Shown here in pieces: positions 41,715 to 56,691 of a stretch of 64,000 bases of DNA. Made by a program: the position numbers and the translations under genes. Below the pieces are notes generated by a model, which was not told where the DNA came from, did no database searches, and saw only the letters and a list, made by a program, of their open reading frames with translations. The stretch lies in NCBI RefSeq assembly GCF_009914755.1, contig NC_060926.1; one strand, 5' to 3'. The stretch is from the human T2T-CHM13v2.0 reference genome, Homo sapiens. The first letter of the stretch is position 1, and every line of letters starts with the position of its first letter.

Positions 41715-42973
41715 TGATCTTCATTTATTTCACATCTATACATTATATATAATTATTTATTTTATGTATGTTATATATCATATGTATATATCACATGCAT
41801 ACATGCATTTCCTTACCATCACATTACAGTCTACTAGATTATGTCCTTAAGTGTCATGCTTTTGCCTTTATTCATTAATAATTATATCCCCAGTTTGTCA
41901 GTACTCAGTGCTGTATCTGTCACACTGTACCAATGCAGCAAATGTTGTTGTGAATACACAAAATTCTAGAGAAAATAGAAAGGGTGACAAATAGTTATGA
42001 ATAGGTATGGGAACGAATGGGTATAAGGATTGTGTAGAAAGATGTGGGGAATAAATACTCACACCTGCCTAGTTTGGGCAATTGTACCTAAAGACAACAA
42101 TTCTGCTGGCTTCTCTGTGACTGGTAGGGTAAGCCCTAAGCACATGTTCCTGCAGTGTAAGGGGGATATTGGGGAAGGCCTCCGGTTTCAAATTCCCTTT
42201 GCTTTATGCTCTGCAAGTTAGCGCACATCAGTTCACTAGTTTGAATGAGATTCCAAGCAGCCTTCTGACAGCTTCCCAGTTAGGGTCAGTCCCTTTTGGA
42301 TCCTATCAATGATGGCTACTCCATGGTACCTGGAGAGGGCTTGCTCTGAACCACTCAATCAACCACCATGTGTCACACTACCCTCATTGACAAATCCACT
42401 CTCATTCCATATTTGGGATTATACAATTTTAGGAATTCTTATTCCTCTCTTTGTAAAGTCAAAGATTTATTTATAAATTATCTGCAAAGCATTCCTCAGC
42501 AAGCATGTCCTTTTTGCAATGCTGTAGCATAACCTACTCGGTCAAGTTCAATTTAACATTTTGTGCCATCATTTTCTTAGCTTGAAAATGTCAGCCATTT
42601 TCTACACAAACTTGGCATTCTTCTGGTTCAACACTTCTGTGAGCTTAAGGCAATTACTGCAGCTGTGTTACTTTATTCAAATGTAGCATACAACTCAAGC
42701 CAAAGATGTTCCTGGTGGACAAGGTCTCCTATGACACTTTACCTATAAATTATCATATTCTTCACTTACAAACCTTACACTTATATTACTATTTTAAAGT
42801 ACTAAATATTTTCAAATCCTATTTTTTAAATAAACCCAAAGACAGGACTATAAAATGCTATGGAAAGGGAGAAAAGAACACTTAATAACAAGCAGATGTC
42901 CTCACTGTATCCTATTCTCTTGGTATTTCCTTTTACATATGTCATCTTATTTATTCATTAAAACAACCATGCA

Positions 42974-43280
<307 letters not shown>

Positions 43281-44344
43281 TTACAGAGCAAGAAATTGAG
43301 TATCAGATAGGACAAAATTAATGTCCCTTGGATTCACAACTACAGGGCAGAGATGGGATTAAAATCCACAAGCAAAAGCCATCTAAGCTTCGTTGCATTA
43401 TACCACAGTTAGGAGTATTTCATTCTGAGTTTGAATGGAATATGGTAAATATTGTTAAACACAGGTAATACATGAACGATCTGCAATTTTAGAGGACGTT
43501 TTAATAAACTACCTAAGGACCTACAGCCCTACAGCCAGGCCGTGGTAGACTCAAGGCCAATATTTGCCTACCAATTAAAATAAAATCAATTCAATGTGTA
43601 TTGTTAATAGCTCAAAATTTCCATTTAACACAGCTTTTACTATTCATATATAAAGGTGAAATTGTGTTTGATAAAATTGTCTTTATATCTCTTAATAGAA
43701 AGATGATTTGTTTTTCCTATTATAGCTAGTGCTGAAATCAGGCCTATTAACAAAAATGAGCTGCAGTCACAGTTTTAGTAAATAATACACTCTCTTGAAT
43801 GTACTTTGAGAGGAAATATATTTGGAAAACAGCCCTTTATCATTTCTGACATGATGTAAACATGTCACCACTCTCAACTTGTGCACTTGGCTCCAATTTC
43901 TGAGAGCATTTCATTCTTTTTTTAAAAATTGGTTACATAAAAGTAAAGTACCTTGATTTATGCTTGGTTTAATTAGAGAGAAAATGAAAGAGGCAGATTG
44001 ACAAGGAAAGAAAGTTATTGGAGTAGCTGGACCAGGAGGGGCAGATGCCACATTTGCTTGAGGCCACTGGGGAGAATGAACCCCCAACTCAGGTCTAAGC
44101 AGTACTTTTTCCATTTGTAGGAAAAAAAAAACAAAGGAGCAAACCAAAAGTTAGCAAGTTGTGAGGGACTCTCTGGGCTCTGAGATTGGAAGTAGGTTGC
44201 AGCAGGAAGGAACTCGCTAAGCGCCCTAGTCTCTGCATGTATTTGGGACACACATCTCCCTTCTTGGTTAGAACATTGCTATCTCAGCTGACTCTTCTAT
44301 CTGCTTTTCCCTTGAATTCTAAACTTTGTGTTTCTGGCGTTTAT

Positions 44345-44520
44345 ATGTAGTAGTTAAAATAATGAGGTCGAAGCCAGTGTTCTGCTGCAAATCTTGACTA
44401 TCCTACTTCCAAGCTTTATGAGCTTTGGTAAGTCACTTCGCACCTCTAAGCACTAGTTTCTTCATCAGTAAAATGGGCGTAATAATGGCTACCTACTCAT
44501 GACTTAGTACATTAAGATAC
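44345..44520 (+). mobile_element. MIR
   Basis: ctttggtaagtcacttcgcacctctaagcactagtttcttcatcagtaaaatggg. Confidence 0.7.
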
Positions 44521-45334
44521 TGACAAACTTCATTTGTAGCAATTGTTAAAGATATTTCTAATGACAACATAATGCCTGCTGCAGTGAAAATTCAAGATGA
44601 ATCCCTCAGCTGAGTGCTGTGCTGCTGAGGAAGATCACACAGCCATCCTAAGTAGCTTCCTAGAAAAGTGTAATATAAGCCAAAACTGGCACTCAGTATC
44701 ATCAGGATATCTTCTGTGTTTTTCTAGAAAAATCAGTTTATATTCTCAAAATAAATACTGTATTATGACTGTCTTCACAAAACTGCTGTACTACTCCTCC
44801 TGGCTCTACTCTCAAGTATGACATTGTTCAAATGATATTGAGAGAATAGAAATCCATACACACTATCTTCCTCATTTTCCTGTTACCAACTGGTAAGTCT
44901 CCCTGCTCCTCAGCCTTTCTTTCTTAATCCCTACTACAAAATAGGAATTGTTCATTCCCCTATCAAAGGTCAGTTTTTCCATCAAGGGCCTGTGTCTCAC
45001 ACCTTCCTGCTCTGTTGGGTTATCCTCTTTCTCCTGAAACATATGCATGCATATTTCTGTTGGATAATTTTCAATAGGACAAAGACATGCTCTGGTACCA
45101 TTAATATTTAAAATGAAAAACTCTAGTGTGGTATCCAGGAGAAAAGTAAATAAATAATAAATAAAATTTTAAAAAACACAAAACAACCCATTCTCTTTTT
45201 CCTTCATTCCCATTTGATTACTGTTTTATGTTTTTGCTTTAAATTCAGAGAAATTTTTTCCAAAGAGGTTTAATCTTCCTGCTATCCATTCCCTACTAAA
45301 CCAATTCCAACAGTCTTCTTCTTGCCTCACTCCA

Positions 45335-46475
45335 TTTGTTCGTTTATGTAGCGAATGAACAGGCTAAATCTATGCTAGGCTTTAGAGCTGCAATAGTAAG
45401 CGAGACACCGATTCTTCATGGCAATTATATAGTCTAGAATTAAAAAGGATTTTAAAAAGTGATCACATATAATCTTTTATTATAGAAGATATTTACAGGA
45501 CAGAAACCATTAATAAATATAGATAGTGACCGAGGTTCACCTGGAGAAGACTGTAGGGCCTGTGGGAAAAGCTCACTGGAATCCTTCTGGCACAGGGAAG
45601 TGAAGTTCTGGGTTTGGTTCCAGGTCTCTGTGGAACGTAGGGACAGACACTTTAGGTAATGTGGATCTTTTCAAAAACAGAAAATATTAACAGTTTAATA
45701 AAAAAGAGGACCTAGTCAAGAGCAGAAGAAACAGTATTCAAGGAAGGGCAAATGAGCATATGCCAAGACCTGATGGAGGAAAGTTTGAACGATCAGGAAT
45801 TATGACCAAGACACTTAATAATAATTTGGAATGGAAGAGTGAAGACAAAAAATTAGTTGAGAATATTTAATGCTTTCTTTTTTTAAGAAATAGTCCTACT
45901 TATTAGGCTTTCTGCTGTGGTGGTGAAAGCAGAGATGGAGGTGTATACCTGGAAGAGATTTCATTTTTCTAGATAATTATAGAAGCTAAATCATGAGCTC
46001 ATCACTCTAGTTTTTTGTATGTTTGAAAATTTTCATAATTCTTAAAAATTATTTTGTACAAAATCATCATGTAAATTTTGAAATACCTCTGAGATATCCA
46101 AGAGGAAACATCTCATAGAAGCACTATGTATATTCACTAATGTTTCACGGTGATACAATGATGAGAGACTTACATTTGTAAATTATATTTACTGGAATGT
46201 TTTCGATCACCTCGGGAGGTTGTGTTGGGAGAAGAGAGACAAGTAAAGCAAGACTGAATTCTGAGGAATACTGTACAGACATTCTGCAAAGAAGACTCTG
46301 GGTTAAAACAGCTGGTGAGGTCAGAGGAAACAGATATACGTGTGTTTATGAATAAAGACAGGAGAAGAAGGTGCTTTAAAAAGAAAGCACATTTCAGCAG
46401 TGTTGACTTTTGCAATGAGGTTATGATGAAGCTGAAAAATACGCACTGAGTCAGTCACCATCGTTGTCTTGGGGA
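45335..46475 (-). mobile_element. Degenerate L2 fragments, interrupted by other sequence
   Basis: ctatgctaggctttagagctgcaatagtaag..; gagatatccaagaggaaacatctc..; ctgaattctgaggaatact resemble antisense L2. Confidence 0.5.
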
Positions 46476-48305
46476 CTCCATGTTAAAAAAATTCTTTTGG
46501 TCAGGGTAGTAACACTCCCTTTGCCTGGCTTAGAATTTAGTTCATCGCTTCTTTACTGTTCCAAATGTCCACATTTGCAGATGAATATGAGGCTATAGCA
46601 ATTCTTCCATAGTAAGATAAGACCAATATCATTGCTCTCTTCTATAGCTACATAAAGTGTAGGTACCAGGGCCCTAACTTGAGTATAAGTTGTGAAGAAT
46701 ATGAAAACTGAGGTCCACATAGATAAACCCGAATGGCCTATGGGAAAAGCCCATGAAACCTCCTGGCACAGAAAAGTGAGGTTTCCAGGTTAAGTTCCAG
46801 ATCTTTGTTGAAAATAATGACAATTTTTATTGTCTTTGTTGAAGATAAGTCCAGTAGAGGAAATTCTACTCAGGTTGTCTCATAGTAAGTGATTCTAGCA
46901 CAGAAAATAGCACAGTGCCTAGCTCACAGAATATGATCAATAAAAAATATGTAGTGACTGATGCTTGCTGGTAATTAATCCTCAGTTGCAATTAAAACAC
47001 ACAACAACTTCATCAAGTATTTACCCATCGTAATTTTTTGGGCCTGGAAATGGAGACTTTTGAGAGGCTAATGACACATCCAACATCTCATAGTTACTAG
47101 CAGATTTCATGTTCTAAACAAATTGTTCTGACCTGTCAGGCAACAAGGAGGTAGTAAATTAGCCTTAAGATCATTATGTTACTTGAGTGTCATACATGTA
47201 CTGGTATATTTCTCATTGTATTGAAGTTTGTTTCTTTTTTTTCTTCATCTCCAAATGTCCTCTGATTGCTATTGTTTCCGTAGCTGAGTCACGCCTGAGA
47301 CATCTCACTGACTTTCTTTCCTAACTACTTGATAGTCTAATGAAAGGAAAGAGAGGGAGGTGAAGAAATAGAATAAGATAAATTAGTAACTTCTGGACAA
47401 TTCTGGAAAACTGAAACTATAGGATTAATGTTCAGAGCGAAGTACAATAAATGGACCATAAGTCAAATATTTCATAATAATTCTGTAGAAAGTGACATTT
47501 GAAAACTCAAATTGTACAAAACCAAATCTTTCCTTCATGATGGCAAAGGGATGGGTCACACCTTAAATTTCTTCCCAGTCTCCATGCTATAGCCACACTC
47601 TATGGGGAAAAATAGCCGGGGGGGGGGCGGGGGTCATTCCATTACTTGAAATGAAAGACACCATTCTAAAGAAATTTCAAATTTCTTTACATTATTAATA
47701 CATTATTAACCCTATACATGTTTAGCAATATCTTTCTCAAAGTTAGTAAAAGGAATGCACCATTATTTTGTGAGAGGGGCTGTGGAAAACAGTTCTTGCT
47801 TATTGGACATATCTGATGGGGAGAGGTCAGAGGTGTTAATGTAACCAGAGCATGTGCTTCTCTTATACAGTGGGATCCACGAGGGGGATAGATGACTGGT
47901 TGTCTGGTGAATGCAGTGTTACTTTTATTAGGCCATAAAAAGGAAAGTTTCAAGGCCAACTAATTGTATTGTTTGTCATAGCAGTGTCCCTGTAAAAGGA
48001 GCATATTTTCCAACCTCGGCCTGGGAAGATGCAACATGAACTGTCACTAAAATTAAGGAAACATCTCTAAATCAAACTAATTTAGACTAAATTTAGACTA
48101 CATTTAGTCATCAGGTAGTTTATGGTGACCCCATTCTCTGCATGTGCTGAAAAACTATGGCTGTCCATCTCTCATAGCCTGGGCAGGTTTGCACAAAATG
48201 TATTTGTGCTAGAAATCCAGAAAAACAAACTACCACACACCAGCATAAAAATTGAAGCTCAGAAAAGTGAATTGAAGTCCTCAGAGCATCAGTTTTCTTA
48301 CTGGT

Positions 48306-48744
48306 TGTATCCATTTTCTGGACTTGCCATAAAAGTTGCCACAAACTTGGTGGCTTAAAATCAGAGGAATGTGTCGTCTTAATGGTTTTTGAGGCCAGAA
48401 GTCCAAAATCAAAGTGTCATCAGAGTCACACTCTCTCCGAAGGCTCTAGGGGAGAATCCTTCCTTGCTCCTCTTGGCTTTGGGTGGCTCCTGAGAGTCCT
48501 CAGCTGTGACAGCCTCACTCCAGTCTATGCCTCCATTTTCACGTGTCCCTCTTTCCTGTGTCTGTGTGTCCACTCCTATTCTTATAAGGACTCCATTTAT
48601 TAAATTTAGGGGCCACCCTAAATCTAGAGTGATTTCATTTCAAGATATTTAACTAATTAAATTTGCAAAGACCCTATTTCCAAATAAGGTCAGGTTCTCA
48701 GGTTCTGAGTGAACATGTATTTTGGGACTATTCAATCCACTACA
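48306..48744 (-). mobile_element. MLT1C-like solo LTR
   Basis: ccacaaacttggtggcttaaaa..ctccgaaggctctaggggagaatcc..gcaaagaccctatttccaaataaggtca..attcaatccactaca. Confidence 0.88.
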
Positions 48745-51700
48745 CCCGTAGATTGAGCTGGCAGTTCTTAACTTATAAGACTTATTGTGACTGAATAACT
48801 TTTCTGTAAAGTATTTGGTAGCTAATAGGTGATCAACAAATTCTTTGTTTTTAAGAATACCACTATAGTTATCTTTAATCCTGACCATGACTGTCTGAAT
48901 ATTCTCATTTTCTTAAATATATTAGTATGTTCAATTCTTACACTGGTCTAGGCATTCATTATGGAAGCAACCTGCTATATGTAAATAAGCATGATTTTAA
49001 TCCTATCTAGTAGGCTGTGTGTTATAAATGATCCCTAGAAACATAGACATTCTGTTGTGGGAGCACGGAAAAGGGAGTGATGATTTCTGAGAAGATATGA
49101 CTCGTAACTTTCCAATAACACTTTTCTAGAAGGGTCTCATGTTAAAATAAATAAATGTCAAACTAAACTAAGAGACAGCACTATAATGTACTAATTGGCT
49201 CCCAGATTAGGGCTCTTAACCATCAGGCTATTCTGCCTCCCAAATTAAAATTGGTAGCGGGACATGAATTTATTGTTTGAAATGAGCACAGGTTAAGTAA
49301 AATGAGAACTATGGAAAAACAATGACAGGAAGAACGGGAGAATTATACTTTGCTAACAGTAATAGTAAATAGTGAACATTTATTGTAAATAAGTTTAACA
49401 ATACGCATTTAAGACAAATTTAAGAGCTTATATTTTTTGACCAGTAATTCCTTATTTAAGAATCTAACTTTGGAAATCATACAGGATTTGTAGAACCTTT
49501 TTACAGAAAGATACTCATTCTGGAAATATTTTTAACACTGAGATTTGGAAACAATATAATGCCCAACCTCAAAGGATTAATAAATTAAATTGTGATATTA
49601 TCCTCAATTGAATACTATGTGGTCATTATAATTCATGTTTCAAAAGAGTATAATAAAATAGGAGAGTCCTGGGCTTTTACTCTGAGTGACGTTGGAAGCC
49701 ATTGAAGGTGGAGGAGAAAGAAATGAGAAGAACGTTTCCAAACAATGAAGATGTCCAGCCAGTCATTGACAAAAATGTTCTGTTAATCATGGTGGATGGG
49801 AAGTAGGACTAGATTGCAGCTCTGTATAGATCAGTGTGCAGAGGCTCGCATTGTGAATTTTAGCTCCAGGTTGACTGCAAGAACAAGCCAGCAATCCCGA
49901 GAGTACCCACAGACTCTCTGAAGGAAGCGAACTGTTTCTGCAGTACCCAAGAGACACCACAAATACTGTCAGTGCCCCGACGCTGGAAGTGGTAAAGGGA
50001 GACCCCCCTCTCTGGAACACACAGCCCCACTGGAGAAACTGAAGGTCTCTTTGTGGGAGAAGTTTCCTACCTTCTCTGGAGTTGAATCCATTTAGAGAGC
50101 TGAGCAAAATACAGGGTTTGAGGAAGCAGTAGAAAGGCCCTGGGAGCTCACTGGGTGCCCAAACAGGCCATTCCTGCTTGGCACCACAGGGATCCATTGT
50201 GAGGGTGGCCAGAGGAGCAGGTGTCGAAACTCCACAGGAAGAAAGAAATCTATAGTTGAACTTTGTAACAATTTGAACAGGGCGAGAAGCCTCCTGGCCA
50301 GAACTCATGGGAGGGCACAAATCTGTTGTGCAGACTCCACAGGCAGGGGAAGAACCAAGCCCTTTTTTTTCCATAGTTGAGAGGCAGGTAGCCTGAGGCA
50401 AGTTTTCAAGCCCATCTTGCCCACCACCTGGAAACAGGCTCCATGAGAACTGCTCTTTGGTTTGCATGGGAGCTGGGTGAGGCCTATGACTGCCGGCTTT
50501 CCCCCACTTCCCTGACAACCTGCATGACTCAGCAGAGGCAGCGTAATCCTCCTATGTACACAACTCCATTAACCTGGGCATCTCACCCCTATCCCCCACA
50601 ACAGCCACAGAAAGACCCACACAAGGAGAGTCAGAGCTCAGACACACCTAGCCCCACCCCCAACTAATGGCCCCTCCCTATCCACCGTGGTAACCGAAGA
50701 CAAAGGGCATATAACCTTGGGAGTTCTAGGACCCCCAACCCCCACCACTGGTCCCTATACATACTACTACAGCTGATACTCCCTGGAGCTGATTCCTCCT
50801 GGCAGGAGGCCAACCATCACAAAACTAGAGCATTAAAGCTAAGAACCCTCACGGAGTCCATTGCACTCCCCACCACCTCCACTGGAACAGGAACTGGTAT
50901 CCATGGCTGAGAGACCAGTAGACAGTTCACATCACAGTACTCCGTGCAGACAACCCCCAGTGCCAGCCCGGAGCTGAGTAGAGTCACTAGGTGGCTAGAC
51001 CCAGAAAAGAGACAACAAACACTGCAATTTAGCTCACAGGAAGCCACATCTATAGGAAAAAGGGGAGAGTACTACAACAAGTAAACACACCCATGGGACA
51101 AAAGAATCTGAACAACAGCCTTCAGCCCTAGAACTTCCCTCTGATAGAGCCTACCCAAGTGAGAAGGAACCAGAAAACCAACCCTGGTAATATGAGAAAA
51201 CATACCTCTTTAACAGCCCCCAAAATCACCCTAATTCACCAACAATGGAGACAAACCAAGAAGAAATCCCTGATTAACCTGAAAAAGAATTTAGGAGGTT
51301 AGTTATTAAGCTAATCAGGGAGGCACCAGAGAAGCGCAAAGCTCAATGCAAGAGAATCCAAAAAATGATATAAAAGTGAAGGGAAAAATATTCAAGGAAA
51401 TAGATAGCTTAAAGCAAAAACAATAAAAAATCCAGGACACTCTGAACACACTTTCAGAAATGCAAAATGCTCTGGAAAATCTCAGCAATATAATTGAACA
51501 AGTAGAAGAAAGAAATTCATAGCTCAAAAAGAAGGTCTTCAAATTAACCCAATCCAAGAAAGACAAAGAAAAAATAATAAGAAAATATGAACAAAGCCTC
51601 CAAGAAGTCTGGGATTATGTTAAATGACCAAAACTAAGAATAATTGGCGTTCCTGAGGAAGAAGGTAAGACTAAGGAAAGAATCTTAAGAGCTGTGAGGC

Positions 51701-53011
51701 AGGAGCACCAGGTAACCTATAAAGGAAAACCTATCAGATTAGCAGCAGATTTTTCAACAGAAACCCTGCAAGCTAGAAGGGATTGGGGCCCTATCTTCAG
51801 CCTCCTCAAACAAAACACTATTCAGCCAAGAATTTTGTATCCAATGAAACTATACATCACATATGAAGGAAAGATACAGTCTTTTTCAGACTAACAAATG
51901 CTGAGAGAATTCACCATTACCAAGCCACCACTACAATAACTGCTAAAAGGAACCCTAAATCTTGAAACAAATCCTGGAAACACTCAAAACAGAATATTTT
52001 TAAGGAATAAATCACACAGGATCTATTACAAAAATACTAGCTAAAAAGCAAAAACAAAAAACCAAAATACACAGGAAACAAAGAGTATGATGAATGCAAT
52101 AGTACCTCGCATTTCAATACTAACATTGAATGTATATGGCATAAATGCTCCACTTAGATATATAACCGCAGAATGGAAAAGAACTTACCAACCAATCATC
52201 TGCTGCCTTCAGGAGACTCACCTAACACGTAAGGATTCACATAAACCTAAGTACAGGGGTGGAAAGAGGCATTTCATGCAAATGGACACCAAAAGCTAGC
52301 AGGGGTAGCTATTCTTATATCAGACAAATCAAACTTTAAAGCAACAGCAGTTAAAAGAGACAAAGAAGGACATTAAAGGCCTTGTCCAAAAGGAAAATAT
52401 CACAATCCTAAACATATATGCACCTAACACTGGAGCTTTCAAATTTATAAAACAATTACTAATAGACCTAAGAAATGAGATAGACAGCAACACAGACACC
52501 AATAGTGGAGGATTTCAATACTCCACTGACAACACTAGACAATTCATCAAGACAGAAGGCCAAAAAAGAAACAATGGATTTACACTATGCCATGGAACAA
52601 ATGGACTTAACAGATATGTACAGAACATTTCATCCAACAACTGCAGAATACACATTCTATTCAATAGCACATGGAACTTTCTCCAAGATTCACCATATGA
52701 TAGGCCATAAAACAAGCCTCAATAAATGTAAGAAAATTGAAATTATATCAAGCACCTTTCAGACTACAGTGGAATAAAACCGGGAATCAACTCTAAAAGG
52801 AATCTTCAAAACCATACAAATACATGGAAATTAAATAACCTGCTCCTGAATGAGCACTGAGTCAAAAACAAAATCAAGATGGAAATTTAAAAATTCTTCA
52901 ACGTGAATGGCAATAATGACACAACCTATCAAAACCTCTGGGATACAGAAAAGGCAGTGCTAAGAGGAAAGTTTATAACCGTAAATGCCTACATCAAAAG
53001 GTCTATAAGAG

Positions 53012-53324
<313 letters not shown>

Positions 53325-54164
53325 CTAAGGTCACACCACAAGGAATTAGAGAAATAATAACAAATCAAACCCAAACCCAGCAGAAGAAAGGAAATAACCA
53401 GGATCAGAGCAGAACTAAATGAAATGGACACACACACACAAATATAGAAGGTAAATGAAACAAAATGCTGGTTCTTTGAAAAGATAAATAAAACTGATAG
53501 ACCATTAGCAAGATTAACCAATAAACGAAGGCAGAAAGTCCAAATAACCTCAATAAGAAACCAAACAGGAGACATTACAACTGACGTCACTGAAATACAG
53601 GATATCATTCAAGGCTACTATGAACACCTTTATGCATATAAACTAGAAAACCTAGAAGAGATGGATAAATTTCTGGAAAAATACAACCTTCCTAGCTTAA
53701 ATCGGGAAGAATTAGATACCCTTAACAGACCAATAACAAGCAGCGAGATTGAAATAGTAATTTAAAAAATACAAACAACAACAACAAAAAAAGTCCAGGA
53801 CCAGACGGATTCCCAGCAGAATTCTACCAGATATTCAAAGAAGAATTGGTACCAATCCTTTGACACTACTTTACAAAATACAAAAAGAAGGAACCCTCCC
53901 TAATTCTTTCTATGAAGCTAGCATCACCCTAATACCAAAACCAGGAAAGGACGTAATCAAAAAAGAAAACTACAGACCAATATTCTTGATGAACCTACAT
54001 GCTAAAATCCTTAACAAAATGCTAGCTAACTGAATCCAACAACATATCAAAAAGATAATTCACCATGATCAAGTGGGTTTTATACCAGGGATGCAGGGAT
54101 GGTTTAACATATGCAAGTCAATAAATGTGATGCACCACACAAACAGAATTAAATACAAAAATCA

Positions 54165-54383
<219 letters not shown>

Positions 54384-56182
54384 AGCTCTCAGCAAAATCG
54401 GCATACCAGGGACATATCTTAATGTAATAAAAGCCATCTATGACAAACCCACAGCCAACATAATGCTGAATGTGGAAAAGTTGAAAGCATTCCCTCTGAG
54501 AAGCAGAGCAAGAAAAGGATGCCTACTGTCACCACTCCTCTTCAACATAGTGCTGGAATTGCTAGCCAGTTCAATCAGACAAGAGAAAGAAATAAAGGGC
54601 ATCAAAATTGGTAAAGAAGAAGTCAAACTGTCACTATTTTCTGATGATATGATTGTTTACCTTGAAAACCCTAAAGACTCCTCCAGAACACTCCTAGAAC
54701 TGATAAAGGAATTCAGCAAAGTTTCTGGATACAAGATTAATGTACATAAATCAGTAGCTCTTCTATACACCAAGAGCAACCAAGCAGAGAATCAAATCAA
54801 TAACTCAACGCTGTTTATAATACCTGCGAAAACAAAAATAAAATACTTAAAAGTATACCTAACCGAGGAGCCTAAAGACCTCTACATGGAAAACTGCAAA
54901 ACACTGCTGAAAGAAATCATAGACGACATAAACAAATAGAAACACATCCCGTGCTCATAGATTTGTAGAAGCAGTATTTTGAAAATGACCATACTGCCAA
55001 AAGCAATCTACAAATTAAATGGAATGCCCATCAAAATACCACCATCATTCTTCACAGAATTAGAATAAACAATTCTAAAATTCATATGAAACCAAAAAAG
55101 AGCCCAAATAGCCAAAGCAAGACTAAGCAAAAAGCACAAATCTGGAGGCATCACACTACTTGATTTCAAATTCTACTATAAGGCCGTAGTCACAAAACAG
55201 CATGGTACTGGTATAAAAATAGGCACATAGACCAATGGAACAGAATAGAGAACCCAGAAATAAATCCAAATACTTACTGCCAACTGAATTTTGACAAAGC
55301 AAACAAAAATATAAAGTAGGGAAAGGACACCCTTTTCAACAAATGATGCTGGGATAATTGGCAAGCCACAGGTAGGAGAATGAATCTGGATTCTCATCTC
55401 TCACCTTATACAAAAAGCAACTCAAGATGGATTAAGGACTTAAATCTAAGACATGAAACTATAAAAATTAGAAACCAAACCCTTTAGACATTGGCTTAGG
55501 CAAGGATTTCATGACCAAGAACCCAAAAGCAAATGCAATAAAAACAAAGATAAATAGCTGGGACCTAATTACACTAAAGAGTTTTTCATGGCAAAAGGAA
55601 CAGTCAGCAGAGTAAACAGACAACCCACAGAGTGGGAGAAAATCTTCACAGTCTATACACCTGACAAAGGACTAATATCCAGAATCTACAACGAACTCAA
55701 ATCAGTAAGAAAAAAACAATCCCATCAAAAAGTGGGCTAAGGACACGAATAGACAATTCCCAAAAGAAGATATACAAATGGCCAACAAACATATGAAAAA
55801 ATGTTCAATGTCACCAATGATCAGGGAAACAAAAATGAAAACCACAATGCGATACCACCTTACTCCTGCAAGAATGGCCATAATAAAAAAAATCAAAAAA
55901 CAGGAGATGTTGGCATAGATGCAGTGATCAGGGAATGCTTCTATACTGCTGGTGGGAATATAAACTAGTACAGACACTATGGAAAACACTGTGGAGATTT
56001 CTTAAAGAATTAAAAGTAGAACTACCATTTGATCCAGCAATCCCACTACTGGGTATCTACCCAGAGGAAAAGAAGTCATTATGCGAAAAAGATGCTTGCA
56101 CAAGCATGCACAATTCACAGTTGCAAAATTGTGAAACCAACCCAAATGCCCACCAATCAACGAGTGGGTAAAGAAACTGTGA

Positions 56183-56300
56183 TGTATATATATATATAAA
56201 ATATATATGTATAAACTGTGATATATATATAAAGAAATATATATGATGGAATATATATATACATATATATATATATATGATGGAATATGGTGAATATGAT
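56183..56300 (+). repeat. TA-rich expansion with repeated aaactgtgat and atgatggaata units in the L1PB 3' end
   Basis: Read directly from the sequence. Confidence 0.85.
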
Positions 56301-56691
56301 GGAATACTACTCACCCATAAAAAGGAATGAATTAACAGCATTTGCAGTGACCTGGATGAGATTGGAGACTATGATTCTAAGTGAAGTAACTCAGGAATGG
56401 AAAAGCAGACACTGTATATTCTCACTGATATATAGGAGCTATGCTATGAGGATGCAAAGGCATAAGAATAATACAATGGACTTTGCGGATTTGAGGGGAA
56501 GAATTGGGGGGAGGTGAGGGATAAAAGACTAGAAATATGGTGCAGTGTGTATGGCTTGGGTGATGGGTGCACCAAAATCTCACAAATTACCACTAAAGAA
56601 CTTACTCATGTAACGAAATACCACCTGTACCCCAATAATTTATGGAAAAATAAATAAATAAAATAGGAAAAATTACTTTCACTCTCAACTA

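Noticed and set aside
45590-45635. Minus-strand FHRDLEPN resembling the kinase HRD motif
   Set aside because: No other kinase motifs nearby, a stop follows shortly, and the paralogous copy reads FNKDL.
46730-46760. Hairpin with an A-rich loop as a SECIS element
   Set aside because: The AUGA/GA quartet and helix spacing do not fit, and there is no upstream selenoprotein CDS.
47618-47634. G-run as a G-quadruplex or regulatory site
   Set aside because: Isolated mononucleotide run with no CpG island or promoter context.
48075-48110. Short tandem ctaa(a)tttaga units with internal palindromes
   Set aside because: About three 11-12 bp AT-rich units, consistent with ordinary slippage; no spacers, not CRISPR-like.
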